This document shows positions 47,958-57,113 of a stretch of DNA of 64,000 nt, one piece after another. Numbering within the stretch: the first letter of the stretch is position 1; every line of letters begins with the position of its first letter. A program made the position numbers and the translations under genes. This DNA is from Chloroflexota bacterium (GTDB lineage Bacteria > Chloroflexota > UBA11872 > VXOZ01), in the NCBI GenBank assembly GCA_965221905.1, contig OZ244922.1, positions 2,784,001-2,848,000 on the forward strand, read 5' to 3'. The notes under the pieces are model-generated. The model made no database searches. It was not told where the DNA came from and worked only from the letters and a program-made list of their open reading frames with translations.

Positions 47958-49325
47958 CTACTCGCGCGCAAGCCACTCGTCGAGCACGGTCTGCGCTTGT
48001 GCCTCAGTGTTGCGCAAGCCTTCCTCGATGGTGATCTTGCCGGTAAGGATGTCCGGCACGCCGCCGCTCATAATGCCCAGCATTTCGTTGGCGCCGGGAG
48101 CCGAAATCACGAAGCGCCGCCCTTCCATCACGTCAACCTGGTGAATGACGAACGGATCGCCCCCGTGGTAGCGCTCGTCGTACGAAGTGTCGACGCGGAT
48201 CGGGAGGCGGTCGAAGTGCTTGGCCCAGCGGATGTTGACGTCCTCGACACCAAAATGCTCCATAAAGGTCCAGCCGAGATCCTTCTGCGTAGAGCCAACA
48301 GGCGATACCCACGTGTGGCAGCCGCCATAGGTGCGGTTGAAGCCATCCGCGGGTTTCGGCCAGTGACCCCAGTGATACTCGAGGTCCGGCGCTTCCTTAG
48401 CAATGCTCTCGAAGCGGATGGAGCCGGTGTCATAGAGGTTTGCCAGACGGCTGGCGTAGAAGTGGGCGCGCGCGTTCTCGTCACCTTTGAACTCTTGCAG
48501 CGCGTCGTAGCCGCCCTGCATATCGTGCACCTTCTTCAGCCAGGCCATGCCTTCACGGCCTTCCTCGGTGTTGAGGGTGATCTTCGTGCGCTCTTCATTG
48601 ATGTTCTCGCCGCCGAGCTGCCACATGGGCACCATCCACACGTGGCGGTTGGCCCACAACGGACCCCAGGCCACCTGTTCAATCGTACCGCTGCCGCCGC
48701 TCTTGAAGGACTTTGTAATAATGTCCTCTATCTGATCCCATGTCTCCGGCGGATTCTCCGGGTCTACGCCCGCATCGAGGTACAGATTGTCGTGGATGTA
48801 GAAGAAGCGCACATCGGGCCCAAAGGGCATGCTCCACACCTGCCCCTTATGGTCCATGTCTATGCGCAGCGAGGGCCAGATGTCATCCTTATTGATCACC
48901 GTTGACTGCGCGTAGTATTGCTCTAGGCTGTCAACGATACCGCCGGCCGCTACCTGCTGGTTCTGCCAGACGCCCACCTGACCGATGTCAGGAGACGCAT
49001 TCGCTGCTTGCGCGGCAATCAAGATGGTGAAGCGATTGCCTTCCGGTATCAGGTCCTTAACGGTAAGGCCCTCCACCAGGGCCTCGATCTCTTGCTTGAC
49101 TTCTAAGCCCAAGCCCGCTGAGAGGTCCCACCGCCTGGTTGTCCAGACTTCAAGCTCGACAGCCTCTGCCGGCGCCGGCTCTGAATCCTCCGCTTTCGGT
49201 GCCTCTTCCGCTGGAGCATCTGCGGACTCCATCGGGGCCGGCTGACCACAGGCTACAAACAATGCGCCTGCAGCGGTCGCGCCAACGCCACCGAGAAATG
49301 TCCGTCTCAGGATGCGGTCTCTCAT
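47958..49325 (-). CDS. Sugar-type ABC extracellular solute-binding lipoprotein (Tat)
   Basis: LRRTFL, FVAC lipobox, AGVDPE.PPETWD. Confidence 0.85.
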   Translation of the reverse strand: MRDRILRRTFLGGVGATAAGALFVACGQPAPMESADAPAEEAPKAEDSEPAPAEAVELEVWTTRRWDLSAGLGLEVKQEIEALVEGLTVKDLIPEGNRFTILIAAQAANASPDIGQVGVWQNQQVAAGGIVDSLEQYYAQSTVINKDDIWPSLRIDMDHKGQVWSMPFGPDVRFFYIHDNLYLDAGVDPENPPETWDQIEDIITKSFKSGGSGTIEQVAWGPLWANRHVWMVPMWQLGGENINEERTKITLNTEEGREGMAWLKKVHDMQGGYDALQEFKGDENARAHFYASRLANLYDTGSIRFESIAKEAPDLEYHWGHWPKPADGFNRTYGGCHTWVSPVGSTQKDLGWTFMEHFGVEDVNIRWAKHFDRLPIRVDTSYDERYHGGDPFVIHQVDVMEGRRFVISAPGANEMLGIMSGGVPDILTGKITIEEGLRNTEAQAQTVLDEWLARE

Positions 49326-49476
49326 TCCGTTTTCCTTTCGATTCATCAGACACGCAACTCATCTCGCCTCATACTTTAGCCCTTTCATTGGAGTGAGTGC
49401 AACCGCATGTGCGCGGGCTTCTCTATACTTAGGAGCAGAAGCAGATTTCCGCAATGCGCTCAGGGAAAAGAAACCC

Positions 49477-50274
49477 ATGACGGAGTGGCGCTACGAAAAG
49501 CTCACCTGGCCGGAAGTGCGGCAGGCGGCGCAAGAGAGAAAGTCCATCCTGCTGCCGGTGGCTGCTATCGAGCAGCACGGCCCGCACCTGCCAATTGACA
49601 CGGACAACGTCGCTGCGCTCGCCGTCTGCGAACGCGCAGCGCAATCCGCTCCACAGAAAGTGCTTTGCGCGCCGATAATCCACTACGGCTTCAACGAGCA
49701 CAACATGGACTTCCCAGGGACGATCTCAGTCCAAGCGCAACACTTCATCGATTACTGCTACGACGTTGCCGTGAGCTTCGCGCACCACCGCTTCCCAATC
49801 GTCCTCTTCGTCAACGGGCACGCCTCAAACGACCCGCTGCTGCAGGTTGCTGCCCGCCTCGCCACGCTGCACTCCGACGCTGCCTGCGCCGTTGTTTCAT
49901 ACTGGGACTTGGCGAAAGAGGACGTTCAGCAATGGCGCGAATCCGAGTACCCCGGCGGCATGGACCATGCCGGTGAATTCGAGACTTCGATTTACCTGGC
50001 TCTAGATCCGACGCGTGTACAAATGGGCAAGGCGCAGGCCGATTACCGCATTCGCACCAAATGGCACTACCGCGACCTCATGGGCGGCTCGCCGGTGAAG
50101 TATGTGGACTACCTCAGCAAGATGACGGCAGACGGCACCGGTGGCGATCCCACGCTCGGCGCTGCCTGGAAAGGCGAGCGCATCCTGGAGACGGTGAGCC
50201 AAGCAATCTTAGAGGTGGTAGATGATCTCAGCAACTTGGCCTACGGCCCGCGGATAGACCACCACGAAGAGTAG
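49477..50274 (+). CDS. Creatininase/MftE family protein
   Basis: EQHGPHLP..TD, H..FPGT, NGH..N, HAGE.ETS; ATG 49477. Confidence 0.88.
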   Translation: MTEWRYEKLTWPEVRQAAQERKSILLPVAAIEQHGPHLPIDTDNVAALAVCERAAQSAPQKVLCAPIIHYGFNEHNMDFPGTISVQAQHFIDYCYDVAVSFAHHRFPIVLFVNGHASNDPLLQVAARLATLHSDAACAVVSYWDLAKEDVQQWRESEYPGGMDHAGEFETSIYLALDPTRVQMGKAQADYRIRTKWHYRDLMGGSPVKYVDYLSKMTADGTGGDPTLGAAWKGERILETVSQAILEVVDDLSNLAYGPRIDHHEE

Positions 50275-50378
50275 CGGACGTACAGGTTGCCCCTAGCTAT
50301 ATGCCGTGTTCAGTAGTGTCTAACCGCACACCCCGTGAACCGCATCTGCCAGCAAAAGACCTTTAGAGTCCGCAAAGG

Positions 50379-50625
50379 CCACTCGTGCTGAGCATGCCCA
50401 ACCGTCCTGAGCCCGCTTAGCCGCTCGTGCTGAGCCACCCCAACTGCGCTGAGCCATCCCAACCGCTGTTGCCGAGCCCGACTAACCGTTCGTGCCGAGC
50501 CACCCCAACCGTTCGTGCTGAGCCTGTCGAAGCATGAAGAGCAATGCGCGTTAGGACTCGCCACAGAATCCGTTCGCCCTTCGACCCTTCGACATGCTCA
50601 GGACAGGCAAGCCCAGGGGGAACGG
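50379..50625. repeat. REP family A doublet preceded by six decayed truncated arms
   Basis: CCGTTCGTGCTGAGC-like units of 19-23 bp, then CCGTTCGTGCTGAGCCTGTCGAAGCA and a partner with nested CCTTCGACATGCTCAGGACAGG. Confidence 0.8.
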
Positions 50626-50743
50626 ATGAGAGTGCACACGGCAACTTCTAAAGCAGCCCCCAGGGCTTTCCTCAATGCCTGTCTAGCAAATTGCTTTTGC
50701 CAGCATCCGTGTAACGCAGGCCCACGCATTCTAGCAGCAGTCT

Positions 50744-52060
50744 CTACACCGGCGCGGGAAACGCGTAGCACAAGTCGAGAACATCCTGCTGCACCCGTTG
50801 CAGGGCAGCCGCATCTTTCCGGTTGTGTACCGCCTCTGCCATGCCCGCGCCGATGCGTTGCATCTCTGTCACGCCCATGCCGCGCGTCGTGACAGCAGGC
50901 GAGCCAACACGAATGCCGCTGGTTACAAAAGCCGAGCGGGTTTCGCGCGGTACCGTATTCTTATTCACGGTAATGTTGGCCTTCGCCAAGGCCGTTTCGA
51001 CGACTTTGCCGGAAGGGCCCTCCTTACCGAAGTCCACCACCATGAGGTGATTGTCCGTGCCGCCGGAGACAACGCGCAGGCCGTGCTGCATTAGCGTCTC
51101 CGCCAGCGCGTGGGCATTGCGCACCACCGCCTCGCCGTAGGTCTTGAACTCCGGCGTCATCACCTCCGCCAGGGCCACTGCTTTGCCGGCCATGATGTGC
51201 ATGAACGGGCCGCCCTGCAGACCGGGGAAGATTGCGCTATCTACTTTCTTGGCAAACTCCTCCCGGCACAAGATAAGCCCGCCGCGAGGGCCGCGCAGAG
51301 TCTTATGCGTGGATGAAGTCACGAAGTGCGCGTGCGGCACCGGGCTCGGATGGAGACCTACGGCAACCAGACCCGCAATGTGCGCCATGTCAACCATGAA
51401 CAGCGCGCCGACTGAGTCGGCAATCTGACGCAAGCGCGCAAAGTCTATGACACGCGAATAGGCCGTGGCGCCGCCGACGATCAAGCGCGGCTTGCATTCG
51501 TGAGCGATGCGCTCTACCTCATCGTAGTCGATGAGCTCAGTCTCCAAGTCAACCCCATAGGGCACGAAATTATAGACGAGGCCGGAGAAATTCCTCGGAT
51601 GACCGTGGGATAGATGCCCGCCCTGGGCCAACGACATGCCCATGACTGTGTCGCCAGGCTCGAGCATGGCTAGATAGACCGCAGCATTCGGATTGGAGCC
51701 GGAATAAGGCTGAAGGTTGGCATGCTCAGCGCCGAAAATGGCCTTGGCGCGGTCAATTGCCAACTGCTCGATCTCATCCACAAATTCACAGCCACCGTAG
51801 TAGCGTCGTCCGGGGTAGCCCTCCGCATACTTGTTCGTGAGAATCGAGCCGCACGCCTCGCGCACCGCAGCGCTCGTATAGTTCTCGGATGCGATGAGCT
51901 CCAGATGGTCTTCCTGGCGCTGGCGTTCCTTACTAATCCATTCGTAGACAGCCGGGTCTTGCTGCGCAAGAACCTCCAGCCCTGGCAACACCTCGTGTAC
52001 GGCGTCTACGACGAAGTCGGCGTCTGCGACGAAATCGGCGTCTGCGGCGAAGTCGACCAC
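50744..52060 (-). CDS. glyA: Serine hydroxymethyltransferase
   Basis: [52 protein letters not shown]. Confidence 0.97.
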   Translation of the reverse strand: MVDFAADADFVADADFVVDAVHEVLPGLEVLAQQDPAVYEWISKERQRQEDHLELIASENYTSAAVREACGSILTNKYAEGYPGRRYYGGCEFVDEIEQLAIDRAKAIFGAEHANLQPYSGSNPNAAVYLAMLEPGDTVMGMSLAQGGHLSHGHPRNFSGLVYNFVPYGVDLETELIDYDEVERIAHECKPRLIVGGATAYSRVIDFARLRQIADSVGALFMVDMAHIAGLVAVGLHPSPVPHAHFVTSSTHKTLRGPRGGLILCREEFAKKVDSAIFPGLQGGPFMHIMAGKAVALAEVMTPEFKTYGEAVVRNAHALAETLMQHGLRVVSGGTDNHLMVVDFGKEGPSGKVVETALAKANITVNKNTVPRETRSAFVTSGIRVGSPAVTTRGMGVTEMQRIGAGMAEAVHNRKDAAALQRVQQDVLDLCYAFPAPV

Positions 52061-52376
52061 TTCCTAGCGTCCTTTCTACGATTGCTCGCCTTGCCCGGCG
52101 AGCGCCACGCTCATCATTCTTGCACGGCTCTTGCACGGCAACAGGGAAAAGAAACCTAATTAAATGGTAGCACAGGGTCATGCCTTGCGGCCTATCTCGC
52201 ATGCCGAAATTCCATTTGCCGGACTTTTCCACTGCGAGTGGGGATTGAAGGGAGGCATGCGTCCTGGAGCACATTCGGCAGTTGTTTTCAACAGCAATGC
52301 GGTCAGCGAAAACTTGGAGTATAGTGAAGTGAACGGCACGTTCCTCGGCTTGGCAAGGAATCACGGGCGGTGCGGC

Positions 52377-53687
52377 ATGCAAGACACTGATCGTCAAGCA
52401 GAGCAAGGGTCGGTTCAGGTCCAACTGGAACGGCCGCTCATCTTTGTGCTCACGGCGGGACTGCTGCTCCTCGCATTGATATCGGGCATAAACGTGCTTT
52501 ACTCCTTCCTCTACGCCATGCTCGGCCTTATTGCTCTGAGTTACTTTTGGACGACGAGGAATATCCGCAATCTCTCTGTAGAGCGCCACCTTCTTTCCAA
52601 GTGGGCTACGCTTGGCGACGAGGTAGTGGAGAGCTTTCGCGTAAGCAACGCCGGTGCGCTGCCCGTACTGTGGGTAGAAGTAAACGACCACTCGGACGTG
52701 CCCGGCTACCAAGCGGGCATCGTCACCGGGCTGGGGCCCCGCGAGCACCGCGAGTGGAAGACACGCGCCGTGTGTAGTCGGCGCGGACTCTACCGACTCG
52801 GTCCGTTGCGCGTTTACACTGGAGACCCGTTCGGCATCTTCCGTGCCACTAAAGAACTGCCCGATCAAGCGACGTTTCTCGTCTATCCGCCCATAACTGA
52901 AGTGCCGGGGCTGGCGCTGCCGACAGGACGCCAGAGCGGAGAATCTCGTTCTCTGCGGCGGGCGCTGCACCTGACTACCGATGCCGCCAGCGTGCGTGAG
53001 TACGCACCCGGAGATTCGCTGCACATCATACACTGGCCCACGACTGCCAGGCGCGGCCGCTTGCAGTCGAAAGAGTTTGACATGGAACCGGGAGGAAGCA
53101 CCTGGATTTTGCTTGATCTCGATCAGGCCGTGCAGGCAGGCGAAGAGGATGAATCTACCGAGGAGTACAGCGTCAAGCTGGCCGCGGCATTGGTCTACCG
53201 GTTGATCCGTGAACAGAAGTCAATCGGTCTCATTACGTACGGCGACGAGAACCGCGTCTTGCGCGCCAACAGGGGCAGTCAACACATGTGGCGAATTATG
53301 GAAATCCTGGCGATTGTGCGCGCCCATGGCACCGCGCAGGTGGGCGATGTGTTGTCTGAAGTCGCGCCGCAAATCCGGGGAAGTATGAGCCTTTTCGTAG
53401 TAACACCGAGCACTGATCCCACACTGGTGCCGATTTTGGTCAATATCTCGCGCAGGGGCATTCGGCCCACGGTTCTCCACCTGGAGCCGGAGACGTTTGG
53501 GGCTGCCGGCAGTAGCGTGCCCTTAAAGCAAGCGCTCGCCGCGGCCGGAATATCATTTATTGAGATTGAACGGGGCCAGGAGTTCCGCACGATCGCCATG
53601 GAAAAGGGCGATGAAGACATACGTCGGCGCGCTCAGACGGTAGGAACGACCGCGACGGGGCGGGTTCATGACCTAAATGCAGGATAG
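52377..53687 (+). CDS. DUF58 domain (vWA-associated) membrane protein
   Basis: RRG.Y.LGP, DPFG.F, VREY.PGD....IHW..TAR.G.L..KE; ATG 52377 preferred. Confidence 0.85.
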   Translation: MQDTDRQAEQGSVQVQLERPLIFVLTAGLLLLALISGINVLYSFLYAMLGLIALSYFWTTRNIRNLSVERHLLSKWATLGDEVVESFRVSNAGALPVLWVEVNDHSDVPGYQAGIVTGLGPREHREWKTRAVCSRRGLYRLGPLRVYTGDPFGIFRATKELPDQATFLVYPPITEVPGLALPTGRQSGESRSLRRALHLTTDAASVREYAPGDSLHIIHWPTTARRGRLQSKEFDMEPGGSTWILLDLDQAVQAGEEDESTEEYSVKLAAALVYRLIREQKSIGLITYGDENRVLRANRGSQHMWRIMEILAIVRAHGTAQVGDVLSEVAPQIRGSMSLFVVTPSTDPTLVPILVNISRRGIRPTVLHLEPETFGAAGSSVPLKQALAAAGISFIEIERGQEFRTIAMEKGDEDIRRRAQTVGTTATGRVHDLNAG

Positions 53688-56151
53688 CAGTATGGCAAAA
53701 TCCTTCTACTCCGACATGTCCGCCGAGGAAAAACCGAGCTTACTTGAAACGTTGCTTCGGAACTGGCTGACGCTGCTCCTTTTGGCTGCAATGGTCCTCG
53801 TAAGCTCCTGGGCGATTCATCAGTCAGGGTGGGCAACCGGCACGGACGCCATTTTCTCCACCGCCACTATCGGCATGGCAGTCGGTTTCGTGGCAGCCCA
53901 TACCCGCTGGAGCACACGAAGAGGCTGGATTCTCGGTGTCATAATTGGATTAATCTACTGCTTTCTCCTCGTGGGCGAAGCCCTCCCGCCGGTCGACCGC
54001 ATACTCCAGGACGCCCTGGCACTGCTCTTGAATACGTTCACGTGGATTCTTGGCGCCCTGGGCGGTCTTCTCAGTGGAGCCGGCGTGCCGCAGCCCATTC
54101 CTCCTTTTGATGCAGCGACCACGTTCATAACGAATGCGAGCGACTTCGGCGCTCGCTTGATCGACTGGACGCGAGCGGGCATCCGAGGCACCTACTCAGA
54201 GGACAACGGTGTATTCGTATTCTGGATCACGCTCGTTGGGTGGGCCATCGGGTTCGTAGCGACGTGGGGATTCTACCGCCATAACGACATACTCATCGCG
54301 GCGCTCGTACCCGGCGTTGCAATGGTGATAAATCTGGCGTATTCCGGCCAGGGGCGTTGGCCGTTCGTTCTCTTTCTCGCTGCAACGCTCTTGCTGATGG
54401 TGCGCCTCAATCTCCATGCCCTGCAGAAGCGGTGGGAGTCGAAGAAACTAGACTACGCCACCGAAGTTGGCCTGGACGTACTGATTGCCAGTGTCATATT
54501 GACCACGGCGCTTACGTTCATGGCAACAATGGCGCCGCGCGTCGGCAGCAATCCAATTTCGGAGACGTTTTGGACCATCTTCGGCGGCGAGTGGGCCGAG
54601 ATTGATAACGCCACGAAGCGCCTCTTCTCGGGCATCCAGAATCCAAGCGGCGTGGGCCTCATTCTGGGCTCTGACAACCGTCTCTTCAGCGGGCCGCGGC
54701 GCTTTAGCCAACCCTACCGCATGTACGTCACCACAGACGAGAGCAACTTCAACGGGTATTGGCGGGGAGCTACCTTCGACGCCTATACCGGCTACACCTG
54801 GTACAACACCAGTGGTACACTGCTTGACCGACGTGCCAACGAGGAGCCTATTCCGCCGCCGCCGGTGAGATATCGTCGGCCGGCAACATTCTCGTTCCGC
54901 ATTGTAGACAGTCCGAGCGACATCGTCTTCGCGCCGGATTTCCCAACGAGCATCAGCATCCCATACCGCGTGCAGGTGGCGTCTTCGGACGTTCCGCTGG
55001 ACTATGACCTCTTGCGTGCGCGGCGTATTGCGGTGCCTGACCTTGAGTATACGCTGGAGAGTTTGGTGACCACTGCCACCGAAGATCAAATGCTCAATGC
55101 TCAAGGCGACATTCCGAAAGAAGTACGTCGGTATTTGCAAGCGCCCAAACTTCCCCAGCGGGTAGTAGACCTGACGAAAACTGTGGTGCGCGGGAAGGAA
55201 TCGCAGTATGAGAAGGCCCTGGCCATCGAACTGTTCTTGCGGCGCATTCCATATTCGATCGCTATTCCTCCTCCGCCTGCCGACAAAGACGCGGTTGACT
55301 ACTTTCTCTTCGAGGCCAAGCGCGGCTATGCGGACTACTATGCCAGCACCATGGTAGTCATGCTGCGCACAGTGGGCGTGCCTGCCCGCCTTGCCGTGGG
55401 TTTTGCTACGGGTCGCTACGACGTGGCGCAACGTCGGTTCGTTGTGACCGAAAAACAAGCACACACGTGGCCGGAAGTGTACTTCGCGGGCCTAGGCTGG
55501 ATTCCCTTTGAGCCTAGCCCAAATCAAACACCCATAGACCGCGGCATTCTTGCTTCTGAGATTAGCGGCTCGCCGAACCCTGAGCTCGACGAGTTTTACG
55601 ATGAGTTAGGCGAAGAGGAATACTTGGTTACGGGCGCGGCCGCCGCAATCGGCGGGAGCGTGCCGGGAACCAGCATACTTGGTGTAGAGGTTCCCAACTT
55701 GCCGGACCTGCGCCCTTTGCTGGCAATTTTAGTTGTCATTGGCGTTGGCTGGTTTGCGTACAGTATTGTGCAAGAGCGCCGGATGAACCCCCACCAGATG
55801 GTGCGGCACGTCTATCGCAAGCTCGTACGCACAGGGCGGATTGCAGGCTTTCCGGCCTCGTCCGCGCTCACACCACATGAGTATGGATTTCGCTTACTTA
55901 ACGACATGCATTCGGCTGCTGATAGGCGCTCTGCGGATGGCGCCGTGCGGGCAATCTGTTCCACCTACGCCGAGTCGCTCTACAGCCCACAAGGGATTTC
56001 GTCACAGCAAAAGAAATCTGTGGTCAAGGCTTGGGGACGACTGCGTTGGCGGCTCTATCGGCAGGGTCTAATCTTGGGCATGAAGCGACTCATTCCTTTC
56101 ATACGCAAAAGGTCTAGCGCCAGCATGCCGGCGAGCAGTACAAATCAATAG
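53677..56151 (+). CDS. TgpA-like transglutaminase-domain membrane protein with catalytic Cys replaced by Ala
   Basis: N-terminal TMs, YWRG..FD.Y.G..W, VDYFLFE...GYADYYAS, PAR...GF, HTWPEVYF, GW.PFEP, DUF4129-like tail TPHEY. Confidence 0.85.
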   Translation: MQDSSMAKSFYSDMSAEEKPSLLETLLRNWLTLLLLAAMVLVSSWAIHQSGWATGTDAIFSTATIGMAVGFVAAHTRWSTRRGWILGVIIGLIYCFLLVGEALPPVDRILQDALALLLNTFTWILGALGGLLSGAGVPQPIPPFDAATTFITNASDFGARLIDWTRAGIRGTYSEDNGVFVFWITLVGWAIGFVATWGFYRHNDILIAALVPGVAMVINLAYSGQGRWPFVLFLAATLLLMVRLNLHALQKRWESKKLDYATEVGLDVLIASVILTTALTFMATMAPRVGSNPISETFWTIFGGEWAEIDNATKRLFSGIQNPSGVGLILGSDNRLFSGPRRFSQPYRMYVTTDESNFNGYWRGATFDAYTGYTWYNTSGTLLDRRANEEPIPPPPVRYRRPATFSFRIVDSPSDIVFAPDFPTSISIPYRVQVASSDVPLDYDLLRARRIAVPDLEYTLESLVTTATEDQMLNAQGDIPKEVRRYLQAPKLPQRVVDLTKTVVRGKESQYEKALAIELFLRRIPYSIAIPPPPADKDAVDYFLFEAKRGYADYYASTMVVMLRTVGVPARLAVGFATGRYDVAQRRFVVTEKQAHTWPEVYFAGLGWIPFEPSPNQTPIDRGILASEISGSPNPELDEFYDELGEEEYLVTGAAAAIGGSVPGTSILGVEVPNLPDLRPLLAILVVIGVGWFAYSIVQERRMNPHQMVRHVYRKLVRTGRIAGFPASSALTPHEYGFRLLNDMHSAADRRSADGAVRAICSTYAESLYSPQGISSQQKKSVVKAWGRLRWRLYRQGLILGMKRLIPFIRKRSSASMPASSTNQ

Positions 56152-56290
56152 GAAGGGGCATAGCGTGTAGCGCGCGCCATCGCGGCACTCGCAATCGGGG
56201 GCACGCATCGCGGCCTCGAAGTGCGTATAAACTATAGTTGCCTAGCTTCTTAAAACTTTAAAGAGTCGCTATTGTGAAAGGATTGCGGCA

Positions 56291-56590
56291 TTGGGTCTCA
56301 GCGAGATACGCGATATAGCGGTCATTGTACTCGCTTTCATTTCCGCCCTCATGGCATTTTCGGTACTCTTTCTGGTGTTGGCGGTTGTACGAATGGCCGG
56401 CACGATTCAGGAAGAAATCAGGCCGCTCCTCAAATCCCTTACGGAGACGAGTAATACGGTAAAGGGAACGACGCAGTTTGTGAGCGAAGCCGTTGTACGT
56501 CCCGCTGCCAAAGCTGCGGGGAGAACTATGGGAATATTGCGGTTCGCGCGCACGCTTGCAAATGCTGTTACGCGCATGCAGAAGCGATAG
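56291..56590 (+). CDS. Small single-TM protein (YtxG/DUF948-like)
   Basis: TTG start after AAAGGA; TM followed by an amphipathic helix. Confidence 0.65.
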   Translation: MGLSEIRDIAVIVLAFISALMAFSVLFLVLAVVRMAGTIQEEIRPLLKSLTETSNTVKGTTQFVSEAVVRPAAKAAGRTMGILRFARTLANAVTRMQKR

Positions 56591-56608
56591 GTCAAGGAGC
56601 GTAGTTAA

Positions 56609-56806
56609 ATGTTAAAGTTTATGGTCGGCTTTGCTATGGGGATCTCCCTAGGCACGATAGTTGGCGGCCTTATTGCGCCCAGCAACGGCGAGACATTCCG
56701 CGAGAGTATTCGCCGCCAGATTGAAGTTGCAAGACTCGAAGCGGCACAAGCGGCCCAAGAGACTGAAGAAGAGCTGCTCGCCCGCTACGAGGAAGCAAAA
56801 CAGTGA
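56609..56806 (+). CDS. YtxH-domain protein
   Basis: F..GF..G..LG...G.L.AP..GE..R; RBS AAGGAG. Confidence 0.8.
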   Translation: MLKFMVGFAMGISLGTIVGGLIAPSNGETFRESIRRQIEVARLEAAQAAQETEEELLARYEEAKQ

Positions 56807-56813
56807 GGGAAGC

Positions 56814-57113
56814 ATGACGCTGGCACACTGGCGGGATATTGCTATCCTCATTCTCGTCATCGAAACGGTGCTTGGTAGCGTACTTATCTTGGCTCTCGCA
56901 CTGCTGCTCGCAAGCCTCGTCAGGCGCACAAATGCTGCGCTGCGCGATGTGCTGCACAGCGGACAAGCCTACGCGGCAAGTCTTGCAGCACAGACAGATG
57001 AGGTCTCACGCGAACGCTTGGTCAAGCCGGTCGTGAGTCTGCATGCGGCCAACGCCGGGGCTCGTGCATTCTTGCGGAGTCTCGTTAAGAATGTGCCAAT
57101 AGTGGGCCCTTGA
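56814..57113 (+). CDS. Small single-TM protein, paralogue of 56291..56590
   Basis: RDIA.I.L N-terminus and V(K/R)P...F.R.L C-terminus shared; both 99 aa. Confidence 0.65.
   Translation: MTLAHWRDIAILILVIETVLGSVLILALALLLASLVRRTNAALRDVLHSGQAYAASLAAQTDEVSRERLVKPVVSLHAANAGARAFLRSLVKNVPIVGP

Noticed and set aside
52061-52300. ZTP or glycine riboswitch upstream of glyA
   Set aside because: Only a simple GCTCGCC/GGCGAGC hairpin and an 11-bp direct repeat are present; conserved aptamer motifs were not found.
51933-53033. 366-aa minus-strand ORF and other long antisense ORFs (e.g. 54448..55464, 47997..48905, 2342..3172)
   Set aside because: They are shadow frames of well-supported genes in GC-rich DNA, with no recognisable motifs.
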